NCBI RefSeq assembly: GCF_009914755.1 | Contig: NC_060929.1 | Origin: the human T2T-CHM13v2.0 reference genome, Homo sapiens | Length of the DNA stretch: 64,000 nucleotides | Direction: 5' to 3' (one strand) | Part shown: positions 14,490-29,430 of the stretch, one piece after another | Layout: every line of letters starts with the position of its first letter | How positions within the stretch are numbered: the stretch's first letter is position 1 | The notes under the pieces: model-generated | Told to the model about the DNA's origin: nothing | Databases searched by the model: none | The model's input: the letters and a program-made list of their open reading frames with translations, nothing else | Made by a program: the position numbers and the translations under genes

Positions 14490-16990
14490 TTCATCTTTTC
14501 AAAAAACAGTTTTTTGGTTTGTTGATTTTCTCAATTGTTTTCAATTTTATTGATTTCTGCCCTAATATTTATTATTTATTTTCTTCTGCTTGCTGTAGGC
14601 TTAAACTGCTCTTCTTTCTCTAGTTTACTAAGTTGAAAGCATAGGTTATTATAGACCTTAGACCTTCTTTTCAAATATATGCATTTAAGGCTATAAATTT
14701 CCTCTCTAAGCACTGCTTTCGTTGCATCCCACACACACAGTTAGCTGACTTGTATTTTAATTTTCATGTACTTCAAAGTGTTGAGTGTCTTCTTGACCCA
14801 TATGTTCAGAAGTATATTAATCTCCAAATATTTTGGGATTTTTCTGCTGTCTTTCTAGTACTGATTTCTAGTTTCATTTTCATTGTGGCTTAAGAACACA
14901 CTTTTTATGATTTCTATTCTTAATTTGCTAAGGTGTTTTTTATGGCACAGAATGTGGTCTGTCTCTGAATGTTCCATGTGAGCTTGAGAAGAATGTATAT
15001 CATGCAGGTGTTGGATGGAAGATTCTATAAATGTCAATTAATCAAGTTTATTGATACTGCTCTTCAGGACAACTATATCCTTTCTGATTTTTTGCCTACG
15101 TGACCATATCAGTTACTGAAAGCAGGCTATTGAAGCCTCCAACTCCAATAATGCATTTGTCTTATTCACCTTTCACTTCTATCAGTTTTGCCTTGTGTAT
15201 TTTGACATGCTTGTTAGTTGCATACAGGCTTAGGATTATTATATGTTCTTGTCTATTATGTCTTATTTGACTGAAAAAGTCTTTATTTCTCCTTCACTAT
15301 TGAAGGATAATTTCACTGAATATAGAATTCTAGGCTGGTGGGTTTCTTTCTTTCAACAGTTTAAGTATTTCTCTCCACTCTCTTTTTGTTTACATGGCTT
15401 CTGATGTCCACTGTAAATCATACCTTGTTTCTGTGTATGTAAGATATTTTTTACCCTCTGGCTTCTTTCAACATTTTCTATTTGACTTGGGTTTTCTGTA
15501 GTTTTTAATATGACATGCCTAGGGATATGTTGGTTGAGTTTCCGCTATGGTGTTCTCTAGGCTTCCTGGATATCTGAATTTTGTGACTGGCATTATTTTT
15601 AGAAAATTCTTGATAATTATTACTTCAAATATTTTTTCTACTCTGTTTTCTTTTTCTTCTTCTGGTATTCTAATTATATATATACCTTTTGAAATTGTCT
15701 AACAGTTCTTGGATATTCTGTTCTATTTTTTCATTCTTTTATCTCTTTCAGTTTATATCATTTTTTGTTGACCTGTTTTTAAGCTTACTGATTATTTCAT
15801 TAACTGTATTTATTCTACTGATGAGCCCATCAAAGGTATTCTACATTTCTGTTACAGTGCTTTTGATTTCTAGCATTTCATTTTGATTCTTTCCTGGAGT
15901 TTCCCTGTGTCTACTTACATTACCCATCTGTTCTTGCATATAGTCTACTTTTTCCATTAGTATCTTTAATATATTAATCATAATTACTTTACCGTGTCTG
16001 ATGACTTGAACATCTGTGTCATATTTGAGTATGGTTTTGATGCTTGTTTCTACTATTAAACTATGTTTTATTCCTTGCTTTCTGGAATACCTTGTAATTT
16101 TCTGTTGAAAGCTGGACATGTATCAGGTGATAGGAACTGAAGAGAATAGACTTTTAGTGTGAAGATGTTCATTTGGGTAAGAATTGTGCTATATTTAATG
16201 TTTGTTGTAGCTGTAGGTGTCAGAAGCTTCAAACTCCCTCCTGTTGTCCTTGCTTTTGTCTCTGCTGTGAAATTTTGGCTTTCCTAAATTCTTCTCAGAG
16301 ATAGTCTGCATCTTCAGCTCTTTCAACTGCAGTCCACTGTTATAATACTGGAGTCCTGTTGGTGTGGTGGTATGATGTGGGAGAAAAGCATTCTTGATTT
16401 TTGTGATTGAATCTTAGTCTTTTAGCTGACCTGTACCTTGGGGACTGTGACCTCTACAAGTATTTCTCTGGTGTTGTACCTTTTTTTCCCTTCTTAGGTG
16501 AAACAAGTTGGTAGAGGAGGTTGAAACATGAGCAATATACATATCCCACGTGGGATAGGGTTCACTTCTTTCCTAGAGAATAGGCCTTTGTTATGGAGAA
16601 AGACCTGGGCATATTTCACAATGATGACTCTCCCCCTGGCAGAATCAGGAGAAGCTCTTTCTTGGATCTTTACCATGAAAATCTGGTGGTGTTCCTGGAC
16701 ATAAACTGTAGGAAAGGATGGAGACTCCCTAAGACTGTGGCCTCCAGGAGTTTCTCACTCTCATGCTAGTCTACATTAAGTCTCCAGCAGTTCATTAAAA
16801 TTCCCCTTTGAGTGTTCCTATCAATTTTTGGCTCCAGTGGCCTCTACCCCAGGTAACCACATCTCAGTTGTGACTCTCTCGATTTGTCTTTCTCCAGATT
16901 TTTGGATGGTTGTTTGCCCTGCAACCTCAGTTATCTAATTGGTATAAAAAAAGTAATTGACTTTCAGTTTGTTCAGCTTTTTCTTGTTAG
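14490..16990 (-). mobile_element. Old L1M element: 5' region, ORF1 remnant and ORF2 endonuclease remnant
   Basis: ORF 15841..16119 resembles the ORF1 coiled coil (NQNEMLEIKSTVTEM); ORF 14855..15037 resembles the EN domain (DHILCHKKHLSK..IEII..SHN); T-rich antisense L1 composition. Confidence 0.8.
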
Positions 16991-18713
16991 GGTAGGAGAA
17001 AAGATTATCTTTACGTATTGAATATCTCCTTCATATAATAAATTTATTTAATCCATAAATAAATGGAAAACCACAATATTCTTATTTTGACTTATATATA
17101 CATTGTATAGAATTATATATAAAGTGGATGCCCTTTTATTAATTCTATTTAAGAAAATAGAAACTTAAATATCTATATTTTATTCATTTTATAAATATTT
17201 ATAACATTATTACTATTATATATCTTAAGTATTCTGATCATATTCTGCACTATGTGATTTGTAAAGATTATCTGCTAAAAATCAATCTTTAGTAGTTGGA
17301 CACTGTAAAACATACTAGTAAGGCCCAACCTGGTGTTGCTTGTCTGAAAAATAATTTAAAAGAATCTGTTTCACTTTATCTGTTACTCACTTAAAGGGAA
17401 AATTTTCATTCTGACTTCTTGTTTAAGAGTTCATGCAGCAATTTGGAGAGTTTAGGGATTTTCTAAATTAGTATGAAGGAGTTCAAGTTCTCCACAATTT
17501 TTTCCCTAATTAAATAAATTGAATTTTTATCCTTTTGTCAATGCCCACTATGCAGAGATCTGTAAAGTGCTGTGCTACAAAATTACCACCCTTTATGAAT
17601 ATTGGCAGGTAAAGACTTACTCTTCCTTAGGCATTATAATGTGCCTTTATTGCAGGGGAAATGTAGTATACCCACAAAATCATTACTTTGTTGTTTTGTT
17701 GGGTTTTATATTTTTATTCAGCTTACATAGATTATTCATGTGTTTTCAAAACTTTAAAATCAACAGATGAATGTGAATACATTCTGGTAGAAAATAAAGT
17801 GAACTTTGCTGGTATCTTGTAATCTCTCTAAACATTTACATATGTAAATATTTGTGTATCTTTTTTTTCTGAAATGTATGACAGTTCTCAAAAGCAAGAC
17901 AAAAGAAACAAACAAAAATCATCGGAGGCACCCCAGTGAACTGGAAAACTTAAAGGATGAGAGTTTAAAGACATATTCTAAGCCTTGATTTGCCACAAGT
18001 TTGTGTGACTTTGAGCTCCTTTACCACCTCATCCCCCTTTTAAAGTATCAACCATAAATGGGAATACTACACTAGGTAATTAGTAAGAGCACTTTCAGCT
18101 CATAAATTGTATAATTCTATGTCACAATCCACACTGAGATTATTATCTTTAAAAAATTGGTCATTTTTCTATAAAATTTGCCTGTTTCCTTTGTATATTT
18201 TTTCTTTATTTTGAGTTGGAAAGGATAAGAAAGAACAATGAAAAAAATAGTAGCAATGCTTTTCTTAGATCAAAATCTATTAGTGGACTTACATGTAAGC
18301 CAGGTAAATAGATGCTTACATAGAATAGCTGGTGGAGCAGCAGAATAGAATATATTCCCTCACACTTCATCTGCTTTTGTGCCACAGTGCTATGTGTGCT
18401 CTACTTCTTTAGGTTAAGACAGCTGGGCCTGTTTTTTTCAAATTCATATGTACCTGACTACTTACCGACTTTATCAGCCAAGTCATCTTAATTTATTAGG
18501 TGCTTTCCTCTGTAACAGCTCATTTGGAGGCACTATATGTTACAACTTTTGATTTGGACATGATGATAAGAGAAGACAACTGGATTCTGAGGCACTGCTC
18601 AGGCAGGGTAAATGTTGACTTCAGATATAGTTCAGATGGATGGATGGATGGACAGATAGATGAGTTATATATATGTTTATATTTATATAAATACTATATA
18701 TGTTATATGTGTA

Positions 18714-18717
<4 letters not shown>

Positions 18718-18753
<36 letters not shown>
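18718..18753. repeat. (TG)n microsatellite
   Basis: About 18 TG units. Confidence 0.97.
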
Positions 18754-18756
<3 letters not shown>

Positions 18757-20049
18757 TTTATGGTGTAGTAGAAAGTGTAGGACTTGAGGACATCTTATAA
18801 ATGAGATATCAAGAAAGGTGAAGTAAAACCAGCAAGCTTTGTAGAGAAAAAAATGTAAACTTTATTATTTCTTATAGAGCAGCATCTCATAGAGTTTGTT
18901 CCTTGATATAGTGAAAATTGCCTGGCAAATAACAGGTTCCCTTGTCATATGCTTTTGGGAAACTTCACAGGCTATAGCCCTTGCCTAAGATTCACGGTGC
19001 ACATTGTCATGTTGGCATTATTGAACCAACATTTTCCAAATGTGTTTGAATTGAGAACCCCTTTTACTGCAGTGTTTCATGGAATTTTGGAAAACAATGG
19101 CCTGAGCAGTTTCTGATTATAATTATTATAGTTTCTGCTAAGTATCCGTCAGTATAATTGGGATTGACTAAATGTTTTTCTGCTGAAGAATTCAGTGTTT
19201 CATGTTATTCCTTACCCACAAACTTAAGCTCAAAATCTAATTTAAAACAAATCTTTAAATATACATTTGACTTACCCACTGTTTGTTTTATGGTAATGAA
19301 ATAGCAATATTCTATTTCATAAATAAAACATTTTGAGTAGTACTATATTCCCCAAATTAATGAAATTATTTAACTTTTGTAAATAAAATTAATGAATAGT
19401 TCTGCAAGTTAAACAAAGCAGTAATTTTTCTTTATTCTCACTGTTACAGGCTAGTTAATATCCCAGTAGACTGAATACACAAGAAACTCTTTTTCTTTTT
19501 CTTTTTCTTTTTTAACTTAGTTGTTTGAGCAATAGCATATTAACTAAATGATTTTTTATAAATTCATAATTTAATCAGATATGCATTTTTCTTATTTATT
19601 TTCTAGATTGGATGACAAAACTATATTTTGGATTTCTCTTAGTTTTTATGAAAAGAAGAAGTTAAGTCTTAATCTTATAGATGTGATGACAGGATAAAAT
19701 ACTCTTAAATCTCTGTATATGGTAATCTAGGTATAATTAGTCACAATTGTCATAAACAATAGAAATAACAGATTTATTATAGACCTTTTTTTTACTTAAT
19801 GTAATTTTATTTAACAATTATAATTTTACATGTAAATAAGGATGTGGAACTCGGGATTTGTCAGCTGACTAAGCCTACCTTCCCATGGTTTTATTCCCAG
19901 GCCACCACACCAGAGACTGTGTCTCTAGCTGTGAACCCTGTAGTAGACATTCTTTACTCTTTCTTATTTACTGCCAGTCATATTTCTCTTATGTATCACC
20001 ATAATGTCTTTCTTCCCTTCCAAAGGAAATGATATTCTTTTCTATGACC

Positions 20050-20565
20050 AAAAGTCAGCAACTAACTCCTAGTATAATACTACACTATGCTTAACCTATC
20101 AGTGCTTTTCTCAAGTTGGACGTATAGAAGTTACTCACATATATCTGTCATCTCATCCATTCATCCCTTCACATTTCTTCATGTTTCTTTTTTCCTCTTT
20201 TCTTTTTCTTTCTTTTTTCTTTTTTTGTTTAAACTGCTCCCTGTTTGAAAATTCTTATTCCTTCACATCTTTTATAATTTAACCCATCAAAAGTTACCTC
20301 TTCTAATCAGACTTTCTTGGAAATCATGAGAACAATCTCTCTTTCCTCTTTGAGCTTGTAGGCTGCTAAGCACATCCTCTAATATCGAACCCATTTTGCC
20401 CTATATTTATGTATGTGTCTTCCCTCCATTATCAGTTTGTAAATTTCAGGCAGAGATAGCACTCCTGCATTTTCTGTATTTCACGGCACTTAGCATGATA
20501 CTTGTACATTGAGTGATAGGTGTGCAACAGATATTTTTTGAATTGATAAATGAGTGAATGAATGT
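20050..20565. mobile_element. L2 3' end fragment
   Basis: ...cacggcacttagcatgatacttgtacat...ttgaattgataaatgagtgaatgaatg terminal motif. Confidence 0.55.
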
Positions 20566-22129
20566 GTGTTTATGTCAGATCCTATAAGAAAAAGAATATA
20601 CAAGTACAGAAGCAATTCTGGTTTTGAACAGAGCAGATTGCAAAAGATACTTTTAAATTAAAACTATAAAAATAACTGATGTATCAGTATTCTTTTAAAA
20701 GTTGGTTTTATTTTAAAAATTGTAGATACCAATGACATTAATAGCTAACTAATTCTTCTGGTTTCTTTTAAAATCTCTTTTCCAAAATGTTCAAGGATGT
20801 TTGACTTTTGTTTTTTTTTCTCTCTCTTTTAATCATAAATAGGTATAAACAGTGCTTTAAATACTCTGAGTACTAAAGAACAAAATTATGACAAAAAGAA
20901 AATGACCATGACTAATTTTCAATACTATCTGTTGGTAGCAACCAGATACACTTGCATTCTAACCAGTGGCATGTATTTGTACAAAAGTTTCTAAGTACAC
21001 AAGAGGAACTTGCAGGTCATTTTTTGCCAAATAGTATTTTGTGCCAAAGAAATATAATTGAAAGACAATGAGGATGATAGATTCAGTTGTTGAATTTCTA
21101 GAAATTTAAAATGTTGGTATTTTGAACAAAAAATATAAAGTTATGAAATAGTTCAAAGATAGAATGATAAAAATAGCTTTACCGATTACTTTAGCTGTAT
21201 TGTGCTCTGAAAAGTCATGTGCTCCAATTACTCATGACTGTCAGTTAAACTTCGGTGAACTGGCTAAACAAAAATGTTTTAGGAGCATTGGATAGCTATG
21301 TAACATTTTACTAAAAAGAATTAGTGTGTCTTATGAGAATTATGGTTGCAGATTGCCATTAGCAGCAAATTCTGTCTACCTCAATAGCTTTTTAGGAATT
21401 AATTGAGAAGACTTCTGGTTGCCTTATTAGTTCATAGGCAAATAATAATAAAACTAACATAGTTATGGTTAAAAGATCATGTATCAAAAATAAAATATAT
21501 AAAATACAATATCAGGGATGAGGCCTGAATTTTAGGTATTCATAATTTACTAGTGATGTATTACTAGTTCATGTAAATTTAGTTAGCTTTTATGATAATG
21601 CTTTTTTTCTAGTGCTCACTTTTTAAAGTGTGATTTTATGGAACAAGAGGTTTCTTGGAAGCACCCTGTGGTGATATGATAAAAATCCTTGAATCCATTT
21701 AGATAGGTTAATAGCAAAATTAGTAGACAAATAATGCTTCCCTGGAGTTCTGGAGCATCATATCTCAAAGTTTTTTATGTTAAGCATTATATCTTAGAAG
21801 ATTAGTAAATGCTAAATAAGGAAAAGAGTGAGGAGTTTGCAGACTCTTCAAATATAGGAAACAATGGACTGAGTAAAAGTAAAAGGATTCCTTCTTAAAT
21901 CTTTTTATATACTAATGTGCATCATGAACTCTCAAGAGGGACATATAGTGAGCAGCACTTTCAAAAATTATTTGACCACCAGACCACTTTTTAACTGAAC
22001 ATCACTACCAGTATGGAACATGTTTTCTGAAACACTGTCCTCCTAAGTGTTTCTAAGTGAGAAAAAAAGAAAAATGATATGCATATAGAATAATCTACCT
22101 TACATATCTGTCATAAAATGTTGTATATA

Positions 22130-22830
22130 ATAAGATGCCATGAGAAAAGGCACCCACGTCGTCATCATAGAGCTTACATGTTAGGGGAAAAACTTTATAA
22201 ATAAGCTGACAGATACAATAAATAATTGTACTCCATGATATGTGCTATGAGGGAAACAAACAGGGAGTTGAGATGGAGAATTGCAGAATGAATCTGCCCT
22301 AGGTAAGATGGTCAGGAAGGACTCCAGGCAGGTAATATTTAAGCTGCATGTAAACAGAAAGTACTCATCTTTTTAGGGGTGAGGTATTCCATGAAGAAAG
22401 AAGAACATGCAGAGGCTCCAAGGTGGGAAGAAACTGGCCATGTTTAGATAGAAGCATACACAGGAAGTAACACACACACACATGCACGCACACGCACACG
22501 CACAAACATGCACATGCACAAGCCTATCTAGCATGGAGAGGTAAGCAGGATCCAGATCATGCAGAGCCTGGATGCCAAAATGAGAGAGTTTGGAATTTAC
22601 TCTGTATACTTTGGGAAGCTTTTGCAGGGTTTTAAAGAGGGAACTGTGTTATTTGATTTACATCGTGAGAAGATCACTTTTTCTACTCTAAGGTAGATTG
22701 ATTAAAAGTGGCCAAGAGTAGAACTTTAGAGGACCAGTTAGGAGGCTGTTGTAATCCAGATGAGAGATGAAAGGGATACTGTGTTAATAGACTGAAAATA
22801 GAGTTTGATGCTTTCCAGTGGGAGATAAGA
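22130..22830. mobile_element. L2 fragment with an internal (CA)n/(CACG)n tract at ~22470-22520
   Basis: catagagcttaca, gatggtcaggaagg, ccagatcatgcagagcct and gaccagttaggaggctgttgtaatccag motifs. Confidence 0.65.
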
Positions 22831-23399
22831 GGGAAGCAGCAAATAAGCATGACCTTGATCTCCTTTTCTTCCTCGTCTCTCCTTTCCAAATAGCACAACC
22901 AGAGATATTTAACACCACTGCTTTATGCCAAAGTATTAAGTATGTAAGTTACATATCTCTCTTGAGTTTGACTTTATTTGATGTAATGTTTGGAAGACTT
23001 CCAAAATGATCAACAGAGACAATGTGTAAAATCTCTTGAAGTCACATTTTCCCTTTGGCCTGTTTTATTCATCCTATTCTGACACTTTAATTTATTTCAA
23101 CACACTCTTTCACTTTGAATAAACCTCATTTGCTTTCACCTTAATTATGACAGTCTTGCATAGGACATACAAATGAACAATACATTGATTCTATAAGAAA
23201 TAAGAATTTCTTTGACAAGGATATGCCACCATGGCATTCTCTGCCATAGCTGTTCTTATTAGTATCATTTACACTAGCCAGATGTTATTTCCCCTAAATT
23301 TAAATCATGCTTAATACCATTTATGGACTTTAACTCAATGATAAAAAAATTTATTTATTTTATTTTTTGTGGTACATGAATTATATTTTATTAGATGGA

Positions 23400-23990
23400 A
23401 GGAGGTTGTGAAAGTGAGAGCAGAAATTAAAGTAAAAAACAATTAAAGAAGAGCAATAAATTAAAAATTTGGCCCTCTGGAAAGATTAAAAACATTGTTT
23501 TGGTGAGATTTTGAAAGGAAACAAATTTGAAATATGGGAAAAGTAAGTAATATTAGTAAGAAAAAAGTAACAGAGATTAAAATTATAAATAGAGATTACT
23601 ATGACCATTATATACCAATATATTTGAGTCTAAACAGAATAGACAAATTACTAGAAAAAAATAAGTGAAGAAGCAGTTTAAAATATTCCCATTAAATAGA
23701 AACAATTCGGTGCAATCTTACAGACAATTGCCAACAGACTTGCAAAGAATGGATCATTCAGATTGTACAAAAACCTTGAGCAAATAAAGAATGAACATCT
23801 TGGATAATAAAGGGAGATAATATTATTAACAGAAAGGAAAATTACAGGGCAATCATATATGCATATAAATGCAGAATTTCTTAACAAAATATAAGTAAAC
23901 TGAATATGGTAACATTTCAAAAAATAAAACATCTTTACCAATTTGGAATTATACTAAAAGTGTTAGTGTCATTAAATATTATGTAACAGA
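23400..23990 (+). mobile_element. Old L1M ORF2 fragment
   Basis: A-rich; aaaattacagggcaatca...aaatgcagaatttcttaacaaaatataagtaaactgaat resembles the [22 protein letters not shown] region. Confidence 0.6.
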
Positions 23991-24799
23991 TCAAAATTTA
24001 ATGATAAAATATTTAAAACAAGACTAAGTTATTGAGGAACCTCTTTCATATTGAGTGTTTGTGCTACACAGAAGTATTGTGAAGATTAATTTTAACTTCA
24101 CCTATTGAAATTTAAATTACACATACTTTTATATGTTAGCCAAATTTTATGTATATGAGGATTGTAGAGAAGTTAGAGAAGTTTGTTTAGTATTTGCCAC
24201 ATGTGCATTTACAAACTGAATTTCTTCAAAACGCAATGCTTAGGAACATTTTCTCTTGAGTTTTCTATGATTATTAAATGAATACACCAATACATATTTT
24301 AAATAGCTATTAATATCAGTTAACAGAAATAACAAGTATTTTTGTTTTGGAGCTTGGTCGTGAAGAAGAAATACCTAATAGTGAAATTTATTAAATTTTA
24401 AACAATATTATAGAGTAAGATTATATAATGCTTTAAAAGTAAACTTAGATATATGTGACTTAAGTATAATAGTAGGCCTAGTTTTTGTTATTTCTCTTTG
24501 GTACTGAAATTGTTAAATAGGAACATGAATATATGTGAAGATATGTCTTTTCATGCACGCTTCAAGTTCTCATTATTTCTCATCTTATTTATTATCTTTT
24601 ACTCCTAATGCAGCTCTCTGCTCCCATCTCTAAGCAAGTCTCCACCTTGCTGCCAAAAACAGCAGATTAACAGAATCATTAACAAAAGATTTTGTCTTTC
24701 TAAAAATTTATGCCATTCCCATTTGAAATGTATTCAGTTTAAAATACAAACTTTTTCTCTTGCTGTGTAGGACCTTTTAATGCATCATTTCTTTATGCC

Positions 24800-24905
24800 T
24801 CTGCCTTACACAGCAGAAGCATATTATCATTATCATTACCATTTTGCACTTTAGGAGATTGAAGCTTAGAGAGGTTAAATAAGTTCAACAAAGTCGTAAA
24901 GCACA
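24800..24905. mobile_element. MIR
   Basis: attaccattttgca...gagattgaagcttagagaggttaaataa core. Confidence 0.6.
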
Positions 24906-24929
24906 TAAATGACAGTATAAATTACACAC

Positions 24930-27150
24930 TGTATGAATCCAGTCCTTTGAAGTTTGTTGAAAACCGTCTATGGCACCATAAATGTTCTATGTGTGTTGAA
25001 AAAAAAAAACTGTCTACAATTGGGTGGAGTTTTATATATATATGTATTTTTTTCAATTGATCAAATTTATTACTCTTGTTATTAAGATTTTCTGCTTTCT
25101 ACCCATTTCCCTCTGTTTATCCTATGAAAAGAAATTTGGTAAAATCACCCTTATCTCTTTATAGTTGTCAATCTAAGGCTGTATAATTTGATCACAGAGT
25201 TTTATCTTCCTGAAGAAGAGAATCTTTCATTATTATAAAATGACTCTCAGTATTTCTCATGTTTTTATCTCAGTCTGTTTAATCTGATACTAATATAGCC
25301 ACATGAGCATTCTTTTGATTAGTGTTTCCCTGGTATATCTGTTTATTCACCCTTGTTACTTTTCTACTTTATGTGTCCTTACATTTTAGAAATCTCTCTG
25401 GCATAGTACATTAAATGGATTTTTTTTTAATCTCATCTAGTAGTTTTTATCTTTTCTATTTTGGAGGAAATACATTGTTTCTCTTCTTTTAGTATCTACT
25501 CTTAAATTACAACATGTTCTCTTAACTTATGAAAGTATAAAGTCAACCAAGTACCCTTTGCTCTTGTCAGACAACAAACAGGAGTCTTCTGATTTGGAAG
25601 ACATTAATTCCTTTAAATGTTAGCTCCCTTAACTTCCTTTAATTCCAAGTAACCTGCTAACTTTTATGTTATTTTTATGTCCTTGGAGAAAGTTTAATTA
25701 ATTCTGTCTGTTTCTAAAGAATAAGACATTCTTATTGTTATTTTATATAGTCAATGCTCATTTTAATTTATCTGAAAATTTATAGCTTTCATTTTTTTTC
25801 TCCTTGCTTTTTAGCCTTATTATCCTAGATTATTTTACATTTGCATGAAGTACATTCTCTAGAGTTTCCTTCAATGAAGTTCCACTGGAAGCAAACTTCC
25901 CAATCTTAGTGAACTGAAAATATTTTTATTTTACTTTTGATTTTTGGAAAAAATTCTACTGGAGCTAGAATTCTGAGTTATTTCTTTCAGCATTCAAAGA
26001 TTTAATTTCATAGGAAGTTGAGAAGTTGGCCAACAGTTTCACAATCACTCCTTTGGCGGTAATCCATCTTTTCTTACTGGCTATTTTTAAGATTGCTCTT
26101 ATGTCTTTGGTGTTCTGAAGCTTCGACATGATACAACAAAATGTAGGTTTCTTTTTAGTTATTTTGCTTGCAATTTGTGATTTTTGAGGTGAAGGTTTGG
26201 TGAAATTCATCAGTTCTGAAAATTTCTCAGCCATTTTTTGTTAAATAGCCCTTCTGCCTCATTCTCTCTGTCCCTTCCTTTGTAACTCCAATTAGACTTA
26301 TGTTATATCTTCTCACTCTGTTTTCCATGTATTTTAACCTCTCTTTTATGTTTGTTACTCTGACTTTTTATGTTGAATTCTCCATAATTCTTCTAGCCTT
26401 TCTTTCAGTTTTCTAATTATCTCTCAAATATGAGCAACTAATCTCTATTAAACTTGACCATTCCATTTTGAATTTCAAGTATCATGTTTTATTTTTAGAT
26501 ATTACGTGTTGTTTTCAAATGTGCTTTGTCATTTTTATAGTTTCCTGTTATCATTTTAAGCTTATCTTTTATTTCTTTAAGTATCATCAACATGGTTATT
26601 TTATTGCTGTCTCTGTTAGTTATAATATTTGAAATCTTCACCACCAACTTTTGTTGCTTTTGTTTCTACTATTCTTACTTATGTGCTTTGCCTCTTTATG
26701 AGTGAAGTGATTATTTATTATGTGATAGCCATTTCATGGAAAATTACTTGTGGAAATTCTTTGAGGCTTAGTATGAAGATGTTTTTCCTGAAAAATATTT
26801 GTCTTTGCTACTGCTTTGTACGTACACTATGGGACCACTTCAATGATTTGAGGTTGTTTTGTTTTAAAACTACATGAATTATATTAATTTGGGCTGCAAA
26901 CATATCCAAGTGATTTGCAAACATACTTTTTGGTTACAAAGTGAGTCAGTAGTGTCCCACCTTTATAGATGGTCTCCTATTAGACTCTCCACTTTAGACA
27001 GGCCCTAGGCTTTGTCTCTCCCTGATGTGCTTCCCAAGTCTGTAAAAATACCTCACTAGCTCTCCAGTGCTATTAAGAAAAAAAAAGTGTATGTATGTTC
27101 TCTTTCTCTCTCTCTTTCTCCAATTTTAGTTATTTTAAGCAGGAGATATT
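24930..27150 (-). mobile_element. Ancient L1M(E) fragment including an ORF1 remnant
   Basis: ORF 25965..26234 (MAEKFSELM...ILKIASKKR.ITAKGVIVKLLANFS) resembles L1 ORF1 RRM/CTD. Confidence 0.7.
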
Positions 27151-27310
27151 AGCTGAACACCTAACCTTTTATATAATTGGATGCAAGCATTCAATTTCAT
27201 AAGCTTCTGAAACTTAGCAAGAATAGTACTAAAAGTATAACATAGAATAACCTTATGGGCAAAGTTTATTAAATGGATATAGCTGATTATGACACACTAA
27301 TTTTATCTTT

Positions 27311-27353
<43 letters not shown>

Positions 27354-29430
27354 TTTTTTTTTTTTTCATTATACTTTAAGTTCTGGGATACATATGCAGA
27401 ACATGCATGTTTGTTACATAGTATACATGTGCCATGGTGGTTTGCTGCACCCATCAACCGGTCATCTACATTAGGTATTTCTCCTAATGCTATCCCTCCT
27501 CTTGCCCCCCACCCCCCAACAGGCCCCGTTGTGTGATGTTCCGCTCCTTGTGCCATATGTTCTCATTGTTCAACTTCCACTTATGAGTGAGAACATGCAG
27601 TGTTTGGTTTTCTGTTCCTGTAGTAGTTTGCTGAGAATGATGGTTTCCAGGTTCATCCATGTCCCCTGCAAAGGACATGAACTCATTCTTTTTTATGACT
27701 GCATAGTATTCCATGGTGTATATGTGCCACATTTTCTTTATCCAGTCTATCATTGATGGGCATTTGGGTTGGTTCCAATTCTTTGCTATTATGAACAGTG
27801 CTGCAATAAACATATGTGTGCGTGTGTCTTTATAGTGGAATGATTTATAATCCTTTGGGTATATACCCAGTAATGAGATTGCTGGTCAAATGGTATTTCT
27901 GGTTCTGGATCCTTGATGAATCGCCACACTGTCTTCCACAATGGTTGAACTAATTTACACTCCCAGCAACAGTGTAAAAGTGTTTCTGTTTTGCCACATC
28001 CTCTCCAGCATCTGTTGTTTCCTGACTTTTTAATGATCACCATTCTTACTGGCGTGAGATGGTATCTCATTGTGGTTTTGATTTGCATTTCTCTAATGCC
28101 AGTGATGATGAGCTTTTTTTCTATGTTTGTTGGCCATATAAATGTCTTCTTTTGAGAAGTGTCTGTTCATATCCTTCACCCACTTTTTGATGGGGTTGTT
28201 TTTTTCTTGTTAATTTGTTTGAGTTCCTTGTAGATTCTGGATATCAGACCTTTGTCAGATGGATAGACTGCAAAAATTTTCTCCCATTCTGTAGTTTACC
28301 TGTTCACTCTGATGATAGTTTCCTTTGCTGTGCAGAAGCTCTTTAGTTTAATTAGATCCCATTTGTAAATTTTGGCTTTTGTTGCAATTGCTTTTGGTGT
28401 TTTAGTCATGAAGTCTTTGCCCATGCCTATGCCCTGAATGGTATTGCCTAGGTTTTCTTCTAGGGTTTTTATGATTTTAGGTTTTACATTTAAGTCTTTA
28501 ATCCATCTTGAGTTAATTTTTGTATAAAGATATAAGGAAGGGGTCCAGTTTCAGTTTTCTGAATATGGCTGGCCAGTTTTTCCAACACCATTTATTAAAT
28601 AGGGAATCCTTTCCCCATTGCTTGTTTTTTCAGGTTTGTCAAAGATCAGATGGTTGTAGATACGTGGTGTTATGTCTGAGCCCTCTGTTCTGTTCCATTG
28701 GTCTGTATATCTATTTTGGTACCAGTACCATGCTCGTTTGGTTACTGTAGACTTGTGGTATCATGGCTTTGTTTACCCTGTGAGGGGAAAACCGCCTACT
28801 CAAGCCTCAGTAATGGCAGATGCCCCTCCCCCTACTAAGCTCGAGCGTCCCAGATGGACTTCAGATGACTATTCTGGCAGCAAGAATTTCAAGCCAGTGG
28901 ATCCTAGCTTGCTGGGTTCCGTGCGGGTGGGATCCGCTGAGCAAGGCCACTTGGCTCCCTGGCTTAAGCCCTTTTTCCAGGGAAGTGAATGATTCTGTCT
29001 CTCTGGTGTTCCAGGAGCCAATGGGGTACCAAAAAAAAAAAAAAATAGCTTGGTGTCTGCTCACATGACCACCCAGTTTTATGCTTCAAACCCAGGGCCA
29101 TGGTGGTGTAGGCACCCGAGGGAATCTCCTGGTCTGCAGGTTGCGAAGAACATGGGAAAAGTGTAGTGTCTGGGCTGGAGTGCACCCTTCCTCATGGCTT
29201 CCCTTGGCTAGCGGAGGGAGTTCCCCGATCCCTTGCGCTTCCCAGGTGACACAATGCCCCACCCTGCTTCAGCTCTCCCTCTGAGGGCTGCACCCACTGT
29301 CTAACCAGTCCCAATGAGATGAAACGGGTACCTCAGTTGGAAATGCAGAAATCACCTGGCTTCCGCTTGGTCTCAATGGAAGCTGCAGACAGGAGCTGTT
29401 CTTATTCGGCCATCTTGCCTGGAAACCCTC
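27311..29430 (-). mobile_element. L1PA7/PA8-like element: 5' UTR (29430-28762) joined directly to distal ORF2 and 3' UTR (28761-27350), with (CA)n in the tail
   Basis: 5' end ...GGCAAGATGGCCGAATAAGAACAGCTCC; ORF2 C-terminal peptides (27789..28088, 27490..27813); TSD AATTTTAT(C/G)TTT at 27299-27310 and 29431-29442. Confidence 0.9.
27315..27349. repeat. (TG)n microsatellite
   Basis: About 17 TG units next to the L1 poly(A). Confidence 0.97.

Noticed and set aside
28700-28800. Spliced L1 integrant (SpIRE)
   Set aside because: From recalled consensus the deleted interval is not bounded by GT...AG at this junction; kept as an internal deletion pending alignment.
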